Shown here piece after piece: positions 1-11,504 of a DNA stretch of 64,000 nt; position 1 is the stretch's first letter, and every line of letters starts with the position of its first letter. The stretch covers positions 256,001-320,000 of the forward strand of contig CBDCCZ010000004.1 in NCBI GenBank assembly GCA_965215005.1, in the 5' to 3' direction. The translations under genes and the position numbers were made by a program. The notes beneath the pieces were generated by a model that searched no databases, was not told the origin of the DNA, and saw nothing but the letters and a program-made list of their open reading frames with translations. Source of the DNA: Kofleriaceae bacterium (GTDB taxonomy: Bacteria; Myxococcota_A; Polyangia; Haliangiales; Haliangiaceae).

Positions 1-2177
1 ATCGCTACCGCTTTCTTCATGACGCGCGCGCTCTTGACGACTTGCGGCAAAAACATCTTGCCTTGGCCAAACAGCTCACCGACTACGTTCATCCCATCCA
101 TCAGCGGGCCTTCGATGATGTCAATGGGAGCATCGTAGGTGGCGAGTGCCTCGGCGACATCGTCATCGATGAACTCGGTGATGCCTTTCAGGAGCGCGTG
201 CTCGAGTCGCTTGGCGAGTGGCTCGGTGCGCCAAGCGAGCTGGTCGGTTTCTTCTTTGCCTTCCTTTTGATACGTGGCAGCAAAGTCGATGAGCCGCTCG
301 GTGGCATCGGGACGGCGATCGAACAGCACGTCCTCCACGCGCTCGCGCAGCGCAGGCTCGATCTCATCATAGACCTCGAGCTGCCCAGCGTTGACGATGG
401 CCATGTCGAGACCCGCGGCGATGGCGTGATAGAGAAAGGCCGAGTGCATCGCTTCTCGAACGGCATCGTTGCCGCGAAACGAAAACGAGATGTTCGAGAC
501 ACCGCCGGAGACCTTGGTGCGCGGCATCTCCTGCTTGATGCGTCGGGTGGCCTCGATGAAGCTCTTGGCGTAGTCGCTGTGCTCTTCGATGCCGGTGCCA
601 ACGGTGAGGATGTTGGGATCGAAGATGATGTCTTCGGGCGGAAAGCCGACCTGCTCGGTCAGCAGCGCATAGGCGCGGCGGGCGATGACAACCCGTCGCT
701 CGGTGGTGGTGGCTTGCCCTTCTTCATCGAACGCCATGACCACCACTGCGGCTCCATAACGGCGAATCAGCCGAGCGTGGCGCAAGAACTCTTCTTCGCC
801 TTCTTTAAGCGAGATGGAGTTGACCACGCCCTTTCCCTGCATGCACTTGAGGCCGGCCTCGAGCACCGAGAACCTCGAGCTGTCGACCATGAAGGGAATA
901 CGCGCGATGTCGGGCTCGGCGGCGATCAGGTTGAGGAAGCGCGTCATCGCGTGCTCGGAGTCGAGCATGCCTTCGTCCATGCAAACGTCGAGGATGTTGG
1001 CGCCGCTATCGACTTGCTGGCGCGCTACGTCGACTGCCTCGTCGAACGCCTCACTCATGATCAGCCGACGAAACTTGCGCGAGCCGGTCACGTTGGTGCG
1101 CTCGCCAATCATCTGGAAGTTGGACTCGGGCGTGATGGTGAGGGCTTCCATCCCCGAGAGCCGCGTGTGGGGCGCCAGCGTGGGGATTTGCCGCGGCGCG
1201 ACTCCTGCTACCGCGGCGGCGATGGCCTCGATGTGTTGCGGCTCGGTGCCGCAGCAGCCGCCTACGAGGTTGAGCCAGCCGGCACGTGCAAACTCCCCGA
1301 GTACCTCGGCCATGTGCGCCGGCGTGTCGTCATACTCGCCAAATTCGTTGGGCAAACCAGCATTGGGCACGCACGCCGTGTACGTGCCAGCGACGCGAGA
1401 GAGCTCTTCGACATACGGTCGCATGTCATCGGCGCCCAAAGCGCAGTTGATGCCAACGTAGAAGAGTCCCGCATGCGAGACCGAGTTGTAGAACGCCTCC
1501 ATGGTCTGTCCCGACAAAGTGCGGCCGCTCTTGTCGGGAATGGTGACCGAGCACACGACCGGTACCCGGCGGCCACCGTCATCGAAGACCTTGGCGATCG
1601 CAAATAGCGCCGCCTTCATGTTGAGGGTATCGATGCTGGTTTCGGGCAGGAGTAGGTCCACGCCGCCTTCGAGCAGCGCCGCGGCTTGCGCGTAAAAGGC
1701 TGCTACCAACTCATCGAACGTAACTGCCCGGTACGCAGGATCGTTGACGTCGGGCGAGAGCGAGGCGGTGCGGTTGGTGGGCCCGAGCGAGCCAGCCACG
1801 AAGCGCGGCCGGTTGGTCTGAGCGCTGACGCGATCGGCGGCGCGGCGGGCGATGCGCGCCGCAGCAACGTTGAGGTCGCGGACGCTTGCGCTCAGCTGAT
1901 AATCGGCCAGGGCGATGCTAGTAGCGGTGAACGAGTTGGTCTCGATGATGTCGGCGCCGGCGCGGAGAAACTGGACGTGAATTTCCTCGATCGCGTTCGG
2001 TTGGGTGAGGCACAAAATATCGCTGCAGCCCTTGAGCTCTACCGCATGATCGCGAAACTGCTCGCGACGATAGTCCTCTTCGGTGAGGCCCAGTCGCTGG
2101 ATCATGGTTCCCATCGCACCATCGATCACGGCGATGCGCTGACGCAGGACCTCTTGCAGTGTTACTTGGGCGTTCAC
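1..2177 (-). CDS. metH: B12-dependent methionine synthase, N-terminal part (runs off left edge)
   Basis: Translated by hand (not in the ORF track). GTG at 2177 gives [27 protein letters not shown]...[10 protein letters not shown]. The left edge reads [39 protein letters not shown] (cap domain). Confidence 0.97.
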   Translation of the reverse strand, partial: MNAQVTLQEVLRQRIAVIDGAMGTMIQRLGLTEEDYRREQFRDHAVELKGCSDILCLTQPNAIEEIHVQFLRAGADIIETNSFTATSIALADYQLSASVRDLNVAAARIARRAADRVSAQTNRPRFVAGSLGPTNRTASLSPDVNDPAYRAVTFDELVAAFYAQAAALLEGGVDLLLPETSIDTLNMKAALFAIAKVFDDGGRRVPVVCSVTIPDKSGRTLSGQTMEAFYNSVSHAGLFYVGINCALGADDMRPYVEELSRVAGTYTACVPNAGLPNEFGEYDDTPAHMAEVLGEFARAGWLNLVGGCCGTEPQHIEAIAAAVAGVAPRQIPTLAPHTRLSGMEALTITPESNFQMIGERTNVTGSRKFRRLIMSEAFDEAVDVARQQVDSGANILDVCMDEGMLDSEHAMTRFLNLIAAEPDIARIPFMVDSSRFSVLEAGLKCMQGKGVVNSISLKEGEEEFLRHARLIRRYGAAVVVMAFDEEGQATTTERRVVIARRAYALLTEQVGFPPEDIIFDPNILTVGTGIEEHSDYAKSFIEATRRIKQEMPRTKVSGGVSNISFSFRGNDAVREAMHSAFLYHAIAAGLDMAIVNAGQLEVYDEIEPALRERVEDVLFDRRPDATERLIDFAATYQKEGKEETDQLAWRTEPLAKRLEHALLKGITEFIDDDVAEALATYDAPIDIIEGPLMDGMNVVGELFGQGKMFLPQVVKSARVMKKAVA

Positions 2178-2253
2178 GACTCTTCGTACTTACCACGATT
2201 GGGCAGGCTTGCCGCTCCGCGTCGAGCCCGCCCTATGTTAAGGATTACGGCGT

Positions 2254-3642
<1,389 letters not shown>

Positions 3643-3646
3643 GGCG

Positions 3647-4459
3647 CTATGAACGGATGGGCTCGCGCTGGCTGTCTCCGCCGAGGATGGCCGATAGGAG
3701 CAGGCGCAGCTCCTCGAGACCGGCAGTGATCTCGGCCTGCGCCTCGGGCGTTGCGGGCTCACTGGCTCGTTTCGCCAGGTGCGTCTTGAGGCGCGCAGCA
3801 TACTGCTCGACGTCGTCAAGAGATGGCCGCAGCGGCGAGGCCAAGAGGTCCATGACTTGTTGGCCTTGCTTAGCGAGCGCTCGCAAGCGTTCACGCTCTT
3901 CGGCGAGCGCGAAGGCAAACACCCGCGCCTCACGCGCACGGACTCGCGCGGTGAGCAGCTCCTCGGCTTGCGCGGCAAGCATGCGCAGCCAGTCGGTCTC
4001 TCGGTCGCTGAGGGTGCGCGGCTCGAAGCCGGCGACGCAGAGCGTTGCCACCGGTAGCGAGCGATAGCGTATCGGCATGCCGGCGTAGAAGCGCAAACCG
4101 AGCTCGCCACGAACCAGCGGATTTTCCGCGAAGCGCGGGTCGAGCGTCGCGTTCGGCACCAGCAGCAGCTCGTCGCGGGCGATGGCGTGGGCGCAAAACG
4201 CCACCTCGCGAGAGGTGCCGCAGATGTCGACGCCACGGCGAGCCTTGAACCACTGCCGATCGGCCGCGACCACGCTGAGAAGCGCAATCGGCGCCTGCAG
4301 CATTTCGCTGGTGAGGGTGATGAGATCGTCGAGCGCGCGCTCGGCGGGGGTGTCGAGGATATCGAGCTCATCGAGCACCTGTAGGCGCAGGTGTTCCTCG
4401 GGATGAAGCGGAACAAACTCGAGAGTGGTGGTCTCGCTAGGCAGAGTGACTGCGGTCAT
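3647..4459 (-). CDS. GAF-domain sensor protein with helical C-terminus and no catalytic output domain
   Basis: GAF signature ILDTPAERALDDL...RQWFKA...FCAHAI...DPRFAENPLV...RFYAGMP. ATG at 4459 chosen as start. Confidence 0.85.
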   Translation of the reverse strand: MTAVTLPSETTTLEFVPLHPEEHLRLQVLDELDILDTPAERALDDLITLTSEMLQAPIALLSVVAADRQWFKARRGVDICGTSREVAFCAHAIARDELLLVPNATLDPRFAENPLVRGELGLRFYAGMPIRYRSLPVATLCVAGFEPRTLSDRETDWLRMLAAQAEELLTARVRAREARVFAFALAEERERLRALAKQGQQVMDLLASPLRPSLDDVEQYAARLKTHLAKRASEPATPEAQAEITAGLEELRLLLSAILGGDSQREPIRS

Positions 4460-4616
4460 CGCTGCGAGGATCGGACGTCGCCGGCGGGGCTGAAGAGGAG
4501 AGCGCTTTTTTGCAGAGACAACCCAACGCAGCATCCCGGTGCCGGCGAGGTAGCAGGGGGGTGAGCCGCTCCGCGCAACGGCTCACGAGCGGCGAAGAGC
4601 ACAGCTGCTACGCGCT

Positions 4617-5048
4617 CTAGCGGCAGGTGCCTCTGGCAATGAACGCGTCGTCCCCGGTGAAGATTTCCCAGCTGTGGTTGCTGTAGAGATACAGGTAGTA
4701 GCTATCTCCCGAGCGAAACCAGTGAGTGATTCCTCCTGGTCTAGCCGCCAATCGATACATGGTCTTGCGAAACTCGCCACGCGTGTAAACGGTACCCGCG
4801 CCGACGGTGAAGCTGAAGGCAGTGAAGGGACCACTGCCGGTTCTGCAGTAGTAGCGATGCCCAGAGGCGTAGCCACCGCTGTCGGCTGCATCATCGCGCG
4901 GCTCGATGCTGTTTTCGCTCAGCTCGTCGATGTCGCCTTCGTCTTCGAGGACGCAGCCGCTCGCGCCGACAACGGTGAACAAAGCGGCTGCTATGCCGAT
5001 TCCAAATACGTGTCTTTGCAGTTTCTGTAGGTTCGTCGTTGGTTGCAT
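4617..5048 (-). CDS. Small putative secreted lipoprotein, unknown function
   Basis: Hydrophobic stretch ending in GASGC, then an acidic linker and an aromatic-rich domain. A sigma54 promoter lies immediately upstream. Confidence 0.65.
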   Translation of the reverse strand: MQPTTNLQKLQRHVFGIGIAAALFTVVGASGCVLEDEGDIDELSENSIEPRDDAADSGGYASGHRYYCRTGSGPFTAFSFTVGAGTVYTRGEFRKTMYRLAARPGGITHWFRSGDSYYLYLYSNHSWEIFTGDDAFIARGTCR

Positions 5049-5061
5049 CGTTTGCTCGTAT

Positions 5062-5078
5062 GGCAACCGGTGTGCCAA
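5062..5078 (-). promoter_or_regulatory. sigma54 (-24/-12) promoter
   Basis: Minus strand reads TTGGCACACCGGTTGCC, an exact TGGCAC-N5-TTGC match just upstream of ATG 5048. Confidence 0.7.
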
Positions 5079-5416
5079 AGGCGGAAATTCAGCCCAGCAG
5101 CGGGCAAGCCGGTGTCAGCCTGCGCGGCAGTGGCCATGAAGGACCGCAAATGAGTCCTCGCTGACTTCTCGACATTCCAGTCACTGCGCCACGGCCTCCG
5201 CGAATGCCAGATGCAACCGAGGTGACGTTGGCGCCTGCGTGGTGTTGGCCGGCAGTGCAGCAAGGCTCGCCGTGTCCTTACGTGCGATTGTTCCTCGGAC
5301 CGCCGCGGGACGTGATCGCTGAGGCGCTCAGGCGTTTGATGGCCGCGGGACTTCGTGCGCAAATGGCGGTGCCGTAGCCGCCGAGCAAGCGGAAGAGCAC
5401 AGGACGGCTAAGAGGA

Positions 5417-6658
5417 TCAAACCACTTCGACGGGACGACTGATCGAAGGATGCTGCTTAGCTTGCGCCTGTGGCGGCGCTGCCAATTCCCGAACGCGAAG
5501 CAGGCGGCCGAGGACGACGACGAGGGGCGCGATACCCGCCGAGAGCAGCGCACCCATCTTGGCGGCGTTCGCCAGTGCTGGATCGGCGAAGGCAACCCCT
5601 GCGACGAAGAGCGCAACGGTGAGACCCAACCCCGCAGTCATGCCTGCCAATAGCAGCGAGCGGTGGTTCATGCCGGTTGGCAACGGAAATCCCAGCGCGT
5701 GGGCGAGTGAGCCCATGAGCAGGATGCCGCAGGTCTTGCCGACGAGCAGTGCGCACACCACCGCCCATGTCACCTCGGAGATCGCCGTGAGCGCTACGCC
5801 GGCATTGGCCAACCCAAAGGCAAACAAGCCGAAGTCGACCGGCGCCTTGAAGGCGTGTTCGAAGCGATTGAGCGTGTCGGTGTGCGGCTGATCGTCGGTT
5901 TCAGCGAACAAGCCCTCGTCATGTCCTGCGCTGGGCATGAAGGGAACCACGGCCACCAGCGCCAGAGCTGGATGCAAGTGCGCGGTGAACAATCCCGCCC
6001 AGCTAAGTACTCCCGGTCCGAGAAGGTACGCTGCTACAGAACGCACCCCACGCCGCCGCATCGTCCACGCCAATGCAACCGCTGCGACCACGAGCAGAAG
6101 CAATTGCCGGTTGGACTGGATGCGCCGGATCTGGATAGAAGAGCGCAATGATCACCAAGCCCAAGCCATCGTCGGCAACGGCGAGCAGCAATAGGAAGCT
6201 CACCGCCGGGTGGCCCGCGCCGAAAACCACGCGCGCCAGGAGCCAAGCCAGCGCGATGTCGGTTGCGGTAGGCACGCCCCCAGCCGCCAAGGGCCGCGGT
6301 GTTGCCGGTGGCGGTGAGGAAGGCGAGATAGCAGCCGATAGGACCGATGACGCCGCCGACGGTGGCAAACAGGGGATTGATGGCGCGTCGCGGCGGATTG
6401 AGAGCACCACCGGGCAAACCACGCTTCGGCGATCTCTTTGGCGGCAATACCAAAGAAGAACACCATGAAGAGATCATTGATCAAAAAGTGCAGATTGAGG
6501 TGCGAGCCTGCCCCAAAGGGCGAGGCATGAACGAAGTGTTGATAGCTGCTAGGCGATACGTTTGCCCACACCAGCGCTGCGAGAACCCCGGCGATGAGGG
6601 GGATCGACAGCTCCTGTAGGAGATGAAGGCGTGAGCGGGAAGCGATGGGGGCCGACAT
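5417..6658 (-). CDS. nhaA: Na+/H+ antiporter NhaA (three apparent +1 frameshifts near 6420, 6280 and 6108)
   Basis: INDLFMVFFFGIAAKEI, GWGVPTATDIA, AVADDGLG, FGLANAGV and GLTVALF are spread over successive frames. Each junction is repaired by deleting one G. Confidence 0.88.
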
Positions 6659-6712
6659 TTCGCCGGTGGATCGACATTCTGCGGTGAGACTTGAGGGCTC
6701 GCGGTGAAAGCG

Positions 6713-8086
6713 TTACGGAGCTAGCAATTCCTGATAGCCCATCAGCAGGACGGCTTGCGCTTCGCGCGACGGACTCAAGAGGCGTTGGTACTGGTACTCA
6801 TCGTCGTCATATTCGGCCTCCGACATGATGTAGCCGAGCCAGTCTTGCCCCATGCCAACCAGCAGCTGCGCGCTGCTGCCGTTGTCGACGAGCATTGCGC
6901 GCAGGGTCTGGGCGCCGCCGGCAAAGAGCTCGCCCGGGACCGTCACTCCTTGCAGCTGCCCGATGCGAAACCACGCGATAGGGCTCGCCGCGGCGCCATT
7001 CTCGATACGCGTCTCGATCAATCGAAGAGACACGGCGAGCTCGAAAATCCAGTTGCGAATCGGGATCTGGATGAGCTGCTCTCTGACTTCGATGTCGCTG
7101 CCGGTGAGGGGGGTGGCGCTGGTGATAGCCGCACTCACGCGCGCAAACAAGTCGTAGCCGACCGCAGCCATCTTGCCGTAGCCTTCGCCAACGTCTGGAT
7201 CGCGATCGCCTTCGGGAAACGGATCGGAGATTGGCTGCTTGGGTCCTGTCGCGTAGAGATCACCCAAAGCACCATTGAGATACATATGCGAGCCCGGATA
7301 CGTGGTTTCCATATAGCGGCGATAGGCGCCGACGAAGTCAGCACTGAGGGCGTTGTTGTTGGCGCCGAGCTCGGTGGGATGTGCGGCCCACTGCGTGAGC
7401 GTGCCGAGCATCGAGCCGTCGCTTCTGAGCGCAATCAGGGTGAGGAAGGCATCGTCGACCAACGCCGGATCGGGCTCCTCCGATGAGCTGTTGGGTTTGC
7501 TGCCACCAGCGAGTAGCAAGGCTGCCGGCTCGGCGGATACCACCGCCTCGATGATGGCCTCGGCGGCGCGCTCTTCTAGGCGCTGCATATAGCGAGCATC
7601 GCGGCCGGTGAAGAACGGCAGCGCGCCCCAGAGGCCCATGGTATCGGGCGAGTGATGGGTGTGGGTCGCGGCGACCAGGAAGGTGAGGCTTGCCGCGGCA
7701 TCACCGAGCTCGGTGGCTGTTCGCTCGCGAATGCGCGCGATGGTGGGGGCAGCCAGCCCTACAGCATCGATCGACACCAGCACCACGCCGTTGCCCTGGA
7801 CCGTGATGACGGCCATGGCGTCCGCATACAGCGGATCGTGAACGCCCTCGCCGCTCTGCCGCGTCGCCGACGGCAGGCCAACATAGGTCCCGTAGCCGCC
7901 CATCGTCAGTTTACGACGCGTGCTGAGGTCGCGGCGGCCAAAGCCAACCGAGAACGATGTCTCGGCATGCGTTGCGGCAAGGCGTGCGCTCGCGTCGTTC
8001 GTTTGACACGCGATGCTCAGCGCCAATAGCGGGCCGAAGAGAAGCAAAGAGAAGCGTTCGATCGCGGCTACTACGGTTTTACACAT
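6713..8086 (-). CDS. Neutral/alkaline ceramidase-like lipoprotein
   Basis: VHDPLYADA, ATHTHHSPD, WAAHPT, SADFVG, NGALGD, VPGELF and QDWLGYI motifs. Lipobox SIAC. AGGAGG RBS before ATG 8086. Confidence 0.75.
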   Translation of the reverse strand: MCKTVVAAIERFSLLLFGPLLALSIACQTNDASARLAATHAETSFSVGFGRRDLSTRRKLTMGGYGTYVGLPSATRQSGEGVHDPLYADAMAVITVQGNGVVLVSIDAVGLAAPTIARIRERTATELGDAAASLTFLVAATHTHHSPDTMGLWGALPFFTGRDARYMQRLEERAAEAIIEAVVSAEPAALLLAGGSKPNSSSEEPDPALVDDAFLTLIALRSDGSMLGTLTQWAAHPTELGANNNALSADFVGAYRRYMETTYPGSHMYLNGALGDLYATGPKQPISDPFPEGDRDPDVGEGYGKMAAVGYDLFARVSAAITSATPLTGSDIEVREQLIQIPIRNWIFELAVSLRLIETRIENGAAASPIAWFRIGQLQGVTVPGELFAGGAQTLRAMLVDNGSSAQLLVGMGQDWLGYIMSEAEYDDDEYQYQRLLSPSREAQAVLLMGYQELLAP

Positions 8087-8239
8087 GCTGTGCCTCCTGC
8101 CGAACGGTAGCTGATATTTCAGCCTATCTGCGGGAGCGGCCAAGGGCATTCGTCATCACCTGTTGATAGTCACAACCGCGGCTACGACAATCCGCCAACG
8201 CAAGTGCGAAGCGCCGCGCCTTCGGGTCGCGATGCATGA

Positions 8240-9191
8240 TTACTCGCCAACGGGCTCGAGAACGTGGCGAAGGGCTTTGGTAACGGCGGTCGCCACTCGG
8301 CGGACCCGAGTAACCTTTTGCAGGTCGCGATGCATCACCAACCAGACCGGGCGCATGGGAATCTCGTGCAGCGCCCGCAGCTGGACCAGCTCAGGGTGAA
8401 GCTTGGCCATGCTCGTCGGCAGCACGGCCATTCCCAGCGAGTCCGCGGCCGCCGCCGCCAACGTCATCAAGCTGTTGGCAAATAGCTGCGGCACCGCGCG
8501 GGTTGCCCTTGCCGCTAGCCAAGTTCCCTCGGGTCCCAAGGCTAGCTCGCGCGATGGCACCAGGATGCCGTGGCCGTCCAGTTGATTCTGCTCGGCGACT
8601 GCAAGCCAGTCGGTTCCGCCTCGTGCTGATCGCTGCGGCTTGGAAGCGGGTGGTGTCTTGAGGCCGCGTGCCGCGAGATAACCGGTTGATGCAAACAAGC
8701 CAAAGCGTACCGTCCCGAGGCCACGGCGAACGAAGTCCGGCTCCTTCACCGCCAGCAGCCGAACCGCGCAGTCTGCCTCGCCTCTCGTCAAGTCAGCCGC
8801 GGCGTTGCCGACGATGAGCTCGACCGTGAGCTCGGGATGCCTTGCGCGCAAACTCGGCGAGCGCCGTGGGTAGAAGGAGTGCTGCGATGGTTTCGGTTAC
8901 TGCCAGGCGCACCAGTCCACCCGGGCCGGCGGTGACGCTCTTTGCGCGCCGCTCGAGCGCATCGACCGCCGAATCGAGGGCATCGAGCGCGGGAAACAGC
9001 TGCGCCGCCGCTGCGGTTGCAACCACGCCCGCCGACGAACGCAAGAATAAGGTCGCACCGAGCGACTCCTCCGCGGCGCGAAGCCTGCGGCCGATGGTCG
9101 TCTGATGCATCGCGAGCGCTCTGCCGGCGCCGGCGAGCGAGCCGGCACGAGCGACGGCACGAATCACTCGCAGGTCGTTCCAGTCGAGCAT
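8240..9191 (-). CDS. LysR-family transcriptional regulator (apparent +1 frameshift near 8845)
   Basis: HTH region DWNDLRVIRAVARAGSLAGAGRALAMHQTTIGRRL. The substrate-binding domain HPELTVEL...DLTRGEADCAVR...VWLVMHRDL is in the next frame. Confidence 0.88.
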
Positions 9192-9313
9192 GCATGGATG
9201 CATATCATCTGTGCGCAATCGCGCATAGCCGGTAATGCAGAGCTGCGTCTACCTTGTGTGAAGGCCCAGGCGATACGGCTCTGTGGCCACAACCGTCACG
9301 TTAGGAGCAACCG

Positions 9314-9931
9314 ATGTTTCGCCACCTATTCGCGTTCATATCGATCATTCTGCTGGCCCTTGGCTGCGGCGGCACCAGCGCAACGAGCCCGCGCGACGAT
9401 GGCGGAAGCGGGGAGCCCGCAGCGCCAGATATCACCGGCCGCTGGGCCAGTGAATGCGTTAGCGCAAACGGCCAGAACTTGACGCTCGAGTTCGATATCG
9501 AAGCTGCGCAATGGCAGCTCGACTACGCTACCTTTGCCGACGCGAGCTGCGAGCAGCCGTTCTTCACTGTGAGGATCGCCGGGCCATGGACTCTGCAACA
9601 GCCGTCGCCGGAGGTGAGTGGCGCCTGGGAAGCGGAGTTTGGCTTCGCCGAAAAGTCCGTAACACCACACGTGCAAGCCGCGGCTGAGTTTCTGGCCAGC
9701 GAGCAAGGCTGCGGGCGCGAGGGCTTCGCAGTAGGAGAAGCTAGCGATATCTACGCCAGCGGATGTGCGGGGCTGCTCCAGTATCCACGCGCGCAATGCC
9801 AAGCGGATTACGACCTCGTCGCGCTCGTAGACGGCAACTTGCAGTTTGGTGCGCGTCCAACCGACAATGACATGTGCACGCCGCAGAAGCGGCCGACGAG
9901 GTTGTCGGGTATGCCGCTGATGCGATCGTAG
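9314..9931 (+). CDS. APCDD1-like domain lipoprotein
   Basis: Lipobox LALGC. Motif order GRWASEC...FADASCEQPFFTV...VTP...GCG...GC...YDL...FGARPTD...KRPT matches my recollection of the animal APCDD1 repeat. AGGAG RBS. Confidence 0.75.
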   Translation: MFRHLFAFISIILLALGCGGTSATSPRDDGGSGEPAAPDITGRWASECVSANGQNLTLEFDIEAAQWQLDYATFADASCEQPFFTVRIAGPWTLQQPSPEVSGAWEAEFGFAEKSVTPHVQAAAEFLASEQGCGREGFAVGEASDIYASGCAGLLQYPRAQCQADYDLVALVDGNLQFGARPTDNDMCTPQKRPTRLSGMPLMRS

Positions 9932-9992
9932 GAGCTACGCGCGGTCGAGCTGCGGGGCTGGCGCGGGCCCAGCACGGCCATCAAAGGATCGC

Positions 9993-11438
9993 TCAGCTGC
10001 CGATGCGTTGCAGCAGGCGCTGGGCGGTTGCTAAGCCGGGGTTGGCTGTGAGCGCCTCGGCCAGATGCCAGCGCGCGGCGGCGGGATCCCCATCGGCAAC
10101 ACAAAGCAGCGCGAGCGCGACCAGACCGAGTGGCCAGGGGCGAGCGCCAGCCATGGCGGCTTCAGCGACGGCGCGCTCGCGTGTGGCCAGCTGCTGGCGG
10201 TCTTTGCCGGTCGCGAGCTGGGAACGAAATCGCGCCCACGCGAGCGAGGCTTCGTATTCAGGATGTTCCGGGTGCAGCCGCGCGGCAGCGGCCATGTTCG
10301 CGAGCGCGCGGTGAACGTCGCCTTCACCAAGCGCCTGTTGGCCACGACTAAACGCCTCTGCGGCGGCTTTGGCATCATCGAGCTTCAACGTCCACGGTGA
10401 ACCAGCACCTCGACTTGCGAGCCAATCGTTGTATTGGCCGCGTTCCGGCGGATCGAGGAGCACACGGCGCGCGGTGACGATTTGCTGCCACAGCGGCTCG
10501 ACCAGCGGGACCAACTCGGCGAGGTCGAGCGACTCGAAGCGCTGCGGCGCGAACCGCAGCGCGAGCTCTTGACCGGCTGCGACGATCGCGCGGCGATTGG
10601 CAGCTCGCGTCAGCTCGAGGACGTCGTAATGGGTGGCATGCTCGAGGCGCTGGCGTCGGGCTCGCAAGTGGTGCCGCGCAGCACGCAGAAGACGCCGCGC
10701 AGGAGTAGCGGGGTCTATCGGCTCAGGCGTCATGAGCAGCGCATCTACTGACGCCAGCGCCCACAAAAGACGTGCTGTTCGCCATTTATCACTGTCTGCA
10801 CGCGCGAGGATGGTCTGCACCGTAAAGGTGCCGTCGAGCCAGCGGAGTAGCTCGATCTCGGGGATTTCAAGAGCGCGATGCTCGCGCAACATGGTCACGC
10901 GCTCGGTGGCGGTCGCGTAGTGACTGGCGTGGTGGCGGAGCACCTCACGCACGACCTCTTCGGGAACTTGGTGCTTGTGGCGAAGAATGGCCACCTCGTC
11001 GGCGATTGGCTCACCGGTCGCAGGCCGACGCAAGACGCGCAGCGCGAGGCTTGGAGAGGTGCCACTGGCAAAGCGAAGGCGCTCGGCCCGATGAACGACC
11101 TCGAGCAGAGCCGCCGCGTCGCCGGTGCCGCGCACGAACGCTGTGCGTGCCTCTTGGGCGGCCTGATGGGCGGTCTCGGTGAGACCGACCACGACGATTG
11201 CGGGCGCCGGGTCGAGAGCACGCCATTCCTTGACCAGAACAGGAAGCGTTGCGCCAAGTGCGTCCCCCGACAGCACCACGATATCTGGCGAGGTCGACAG
11301 CACCGGTGTGTCTTCGCCAGCGGTGGGGCCCAAGGCAAACGAGGCGTTCCACGAGACGAGATAGCGCTGCGCCTCCAGCAGCTCTTGCAGCTGAATCGCC
11401 ATTCCAACGTCCGCGAACGCGAGCAGAACCGACGGCAA
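9993..11438 (-). CDS. Receiver-like / J-like / TPR multidomain protein
   Basis: N-terminal REC-like region (VLLAFAD...PDIVVL...PAIVVVG), J-like THYDVLEL...RFAPQRF...RGQYN, and C-terminal TPR-like helices. TTG start with GGAG upstream. Confidence 0.7.
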   Translation of the reverse strand: MPSVLLAFADVGMAIQLQELLEAQRYLVSWNASFALGPTAGEDTPVLSTSPDIVVLSGDALGATLPVLVKEWRALDPAPAIVVVGLTETAHQAAQEARTAFVRGTGDAAALLEVVHRAERLRFASGTSPSLALRVLRRPATGEPIADEVAILRHKHQVPEEVVREVLRHHASHYATATERVTMLREHRALEIPEIELLRWLDGTFTVQTILARADSDKWRTARLLWALASVDALLMTPEPIDPATPARRLLRAARHHLRARRQRLEHATHYDVLELTRAANRRAIVAAGQELALRFAPQRFESLDLAELVPLVEPLWQQIVTARRVLLDPPERGQYNDWLASRGAGSPWTLKLDDAKAAAEAFSRGQQALGEGDVHRALANMAAAARLHPEHPEYEASLAWARFRSQLATGKDRQQLATRERAVAEAAMAGARPWPLGLVALALLCVADGDPAAARWHLAEALTANPGLATAQRLLQRIGS

Positions 11439-11504
11439 CGCGCTCCATGGTAGCAGCGATGCGTGTAGGGGCGCTGGGCCGGCGGCAGCGCGCGAGTGCG
11501 CGGT

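Noticed and set aside
2178..2253. SAM or cobalamin riboswitch ahead of metH/cbs
   Set aside because: The gap is only 76 bp and no conserved aptamer motifs are visible.
5417..6658. nhaA as a true pseudogene or programmed frameshift
   Set aside because: Three same-sign single-base homopolymer extras with conserved motifs fit sequencing error better.
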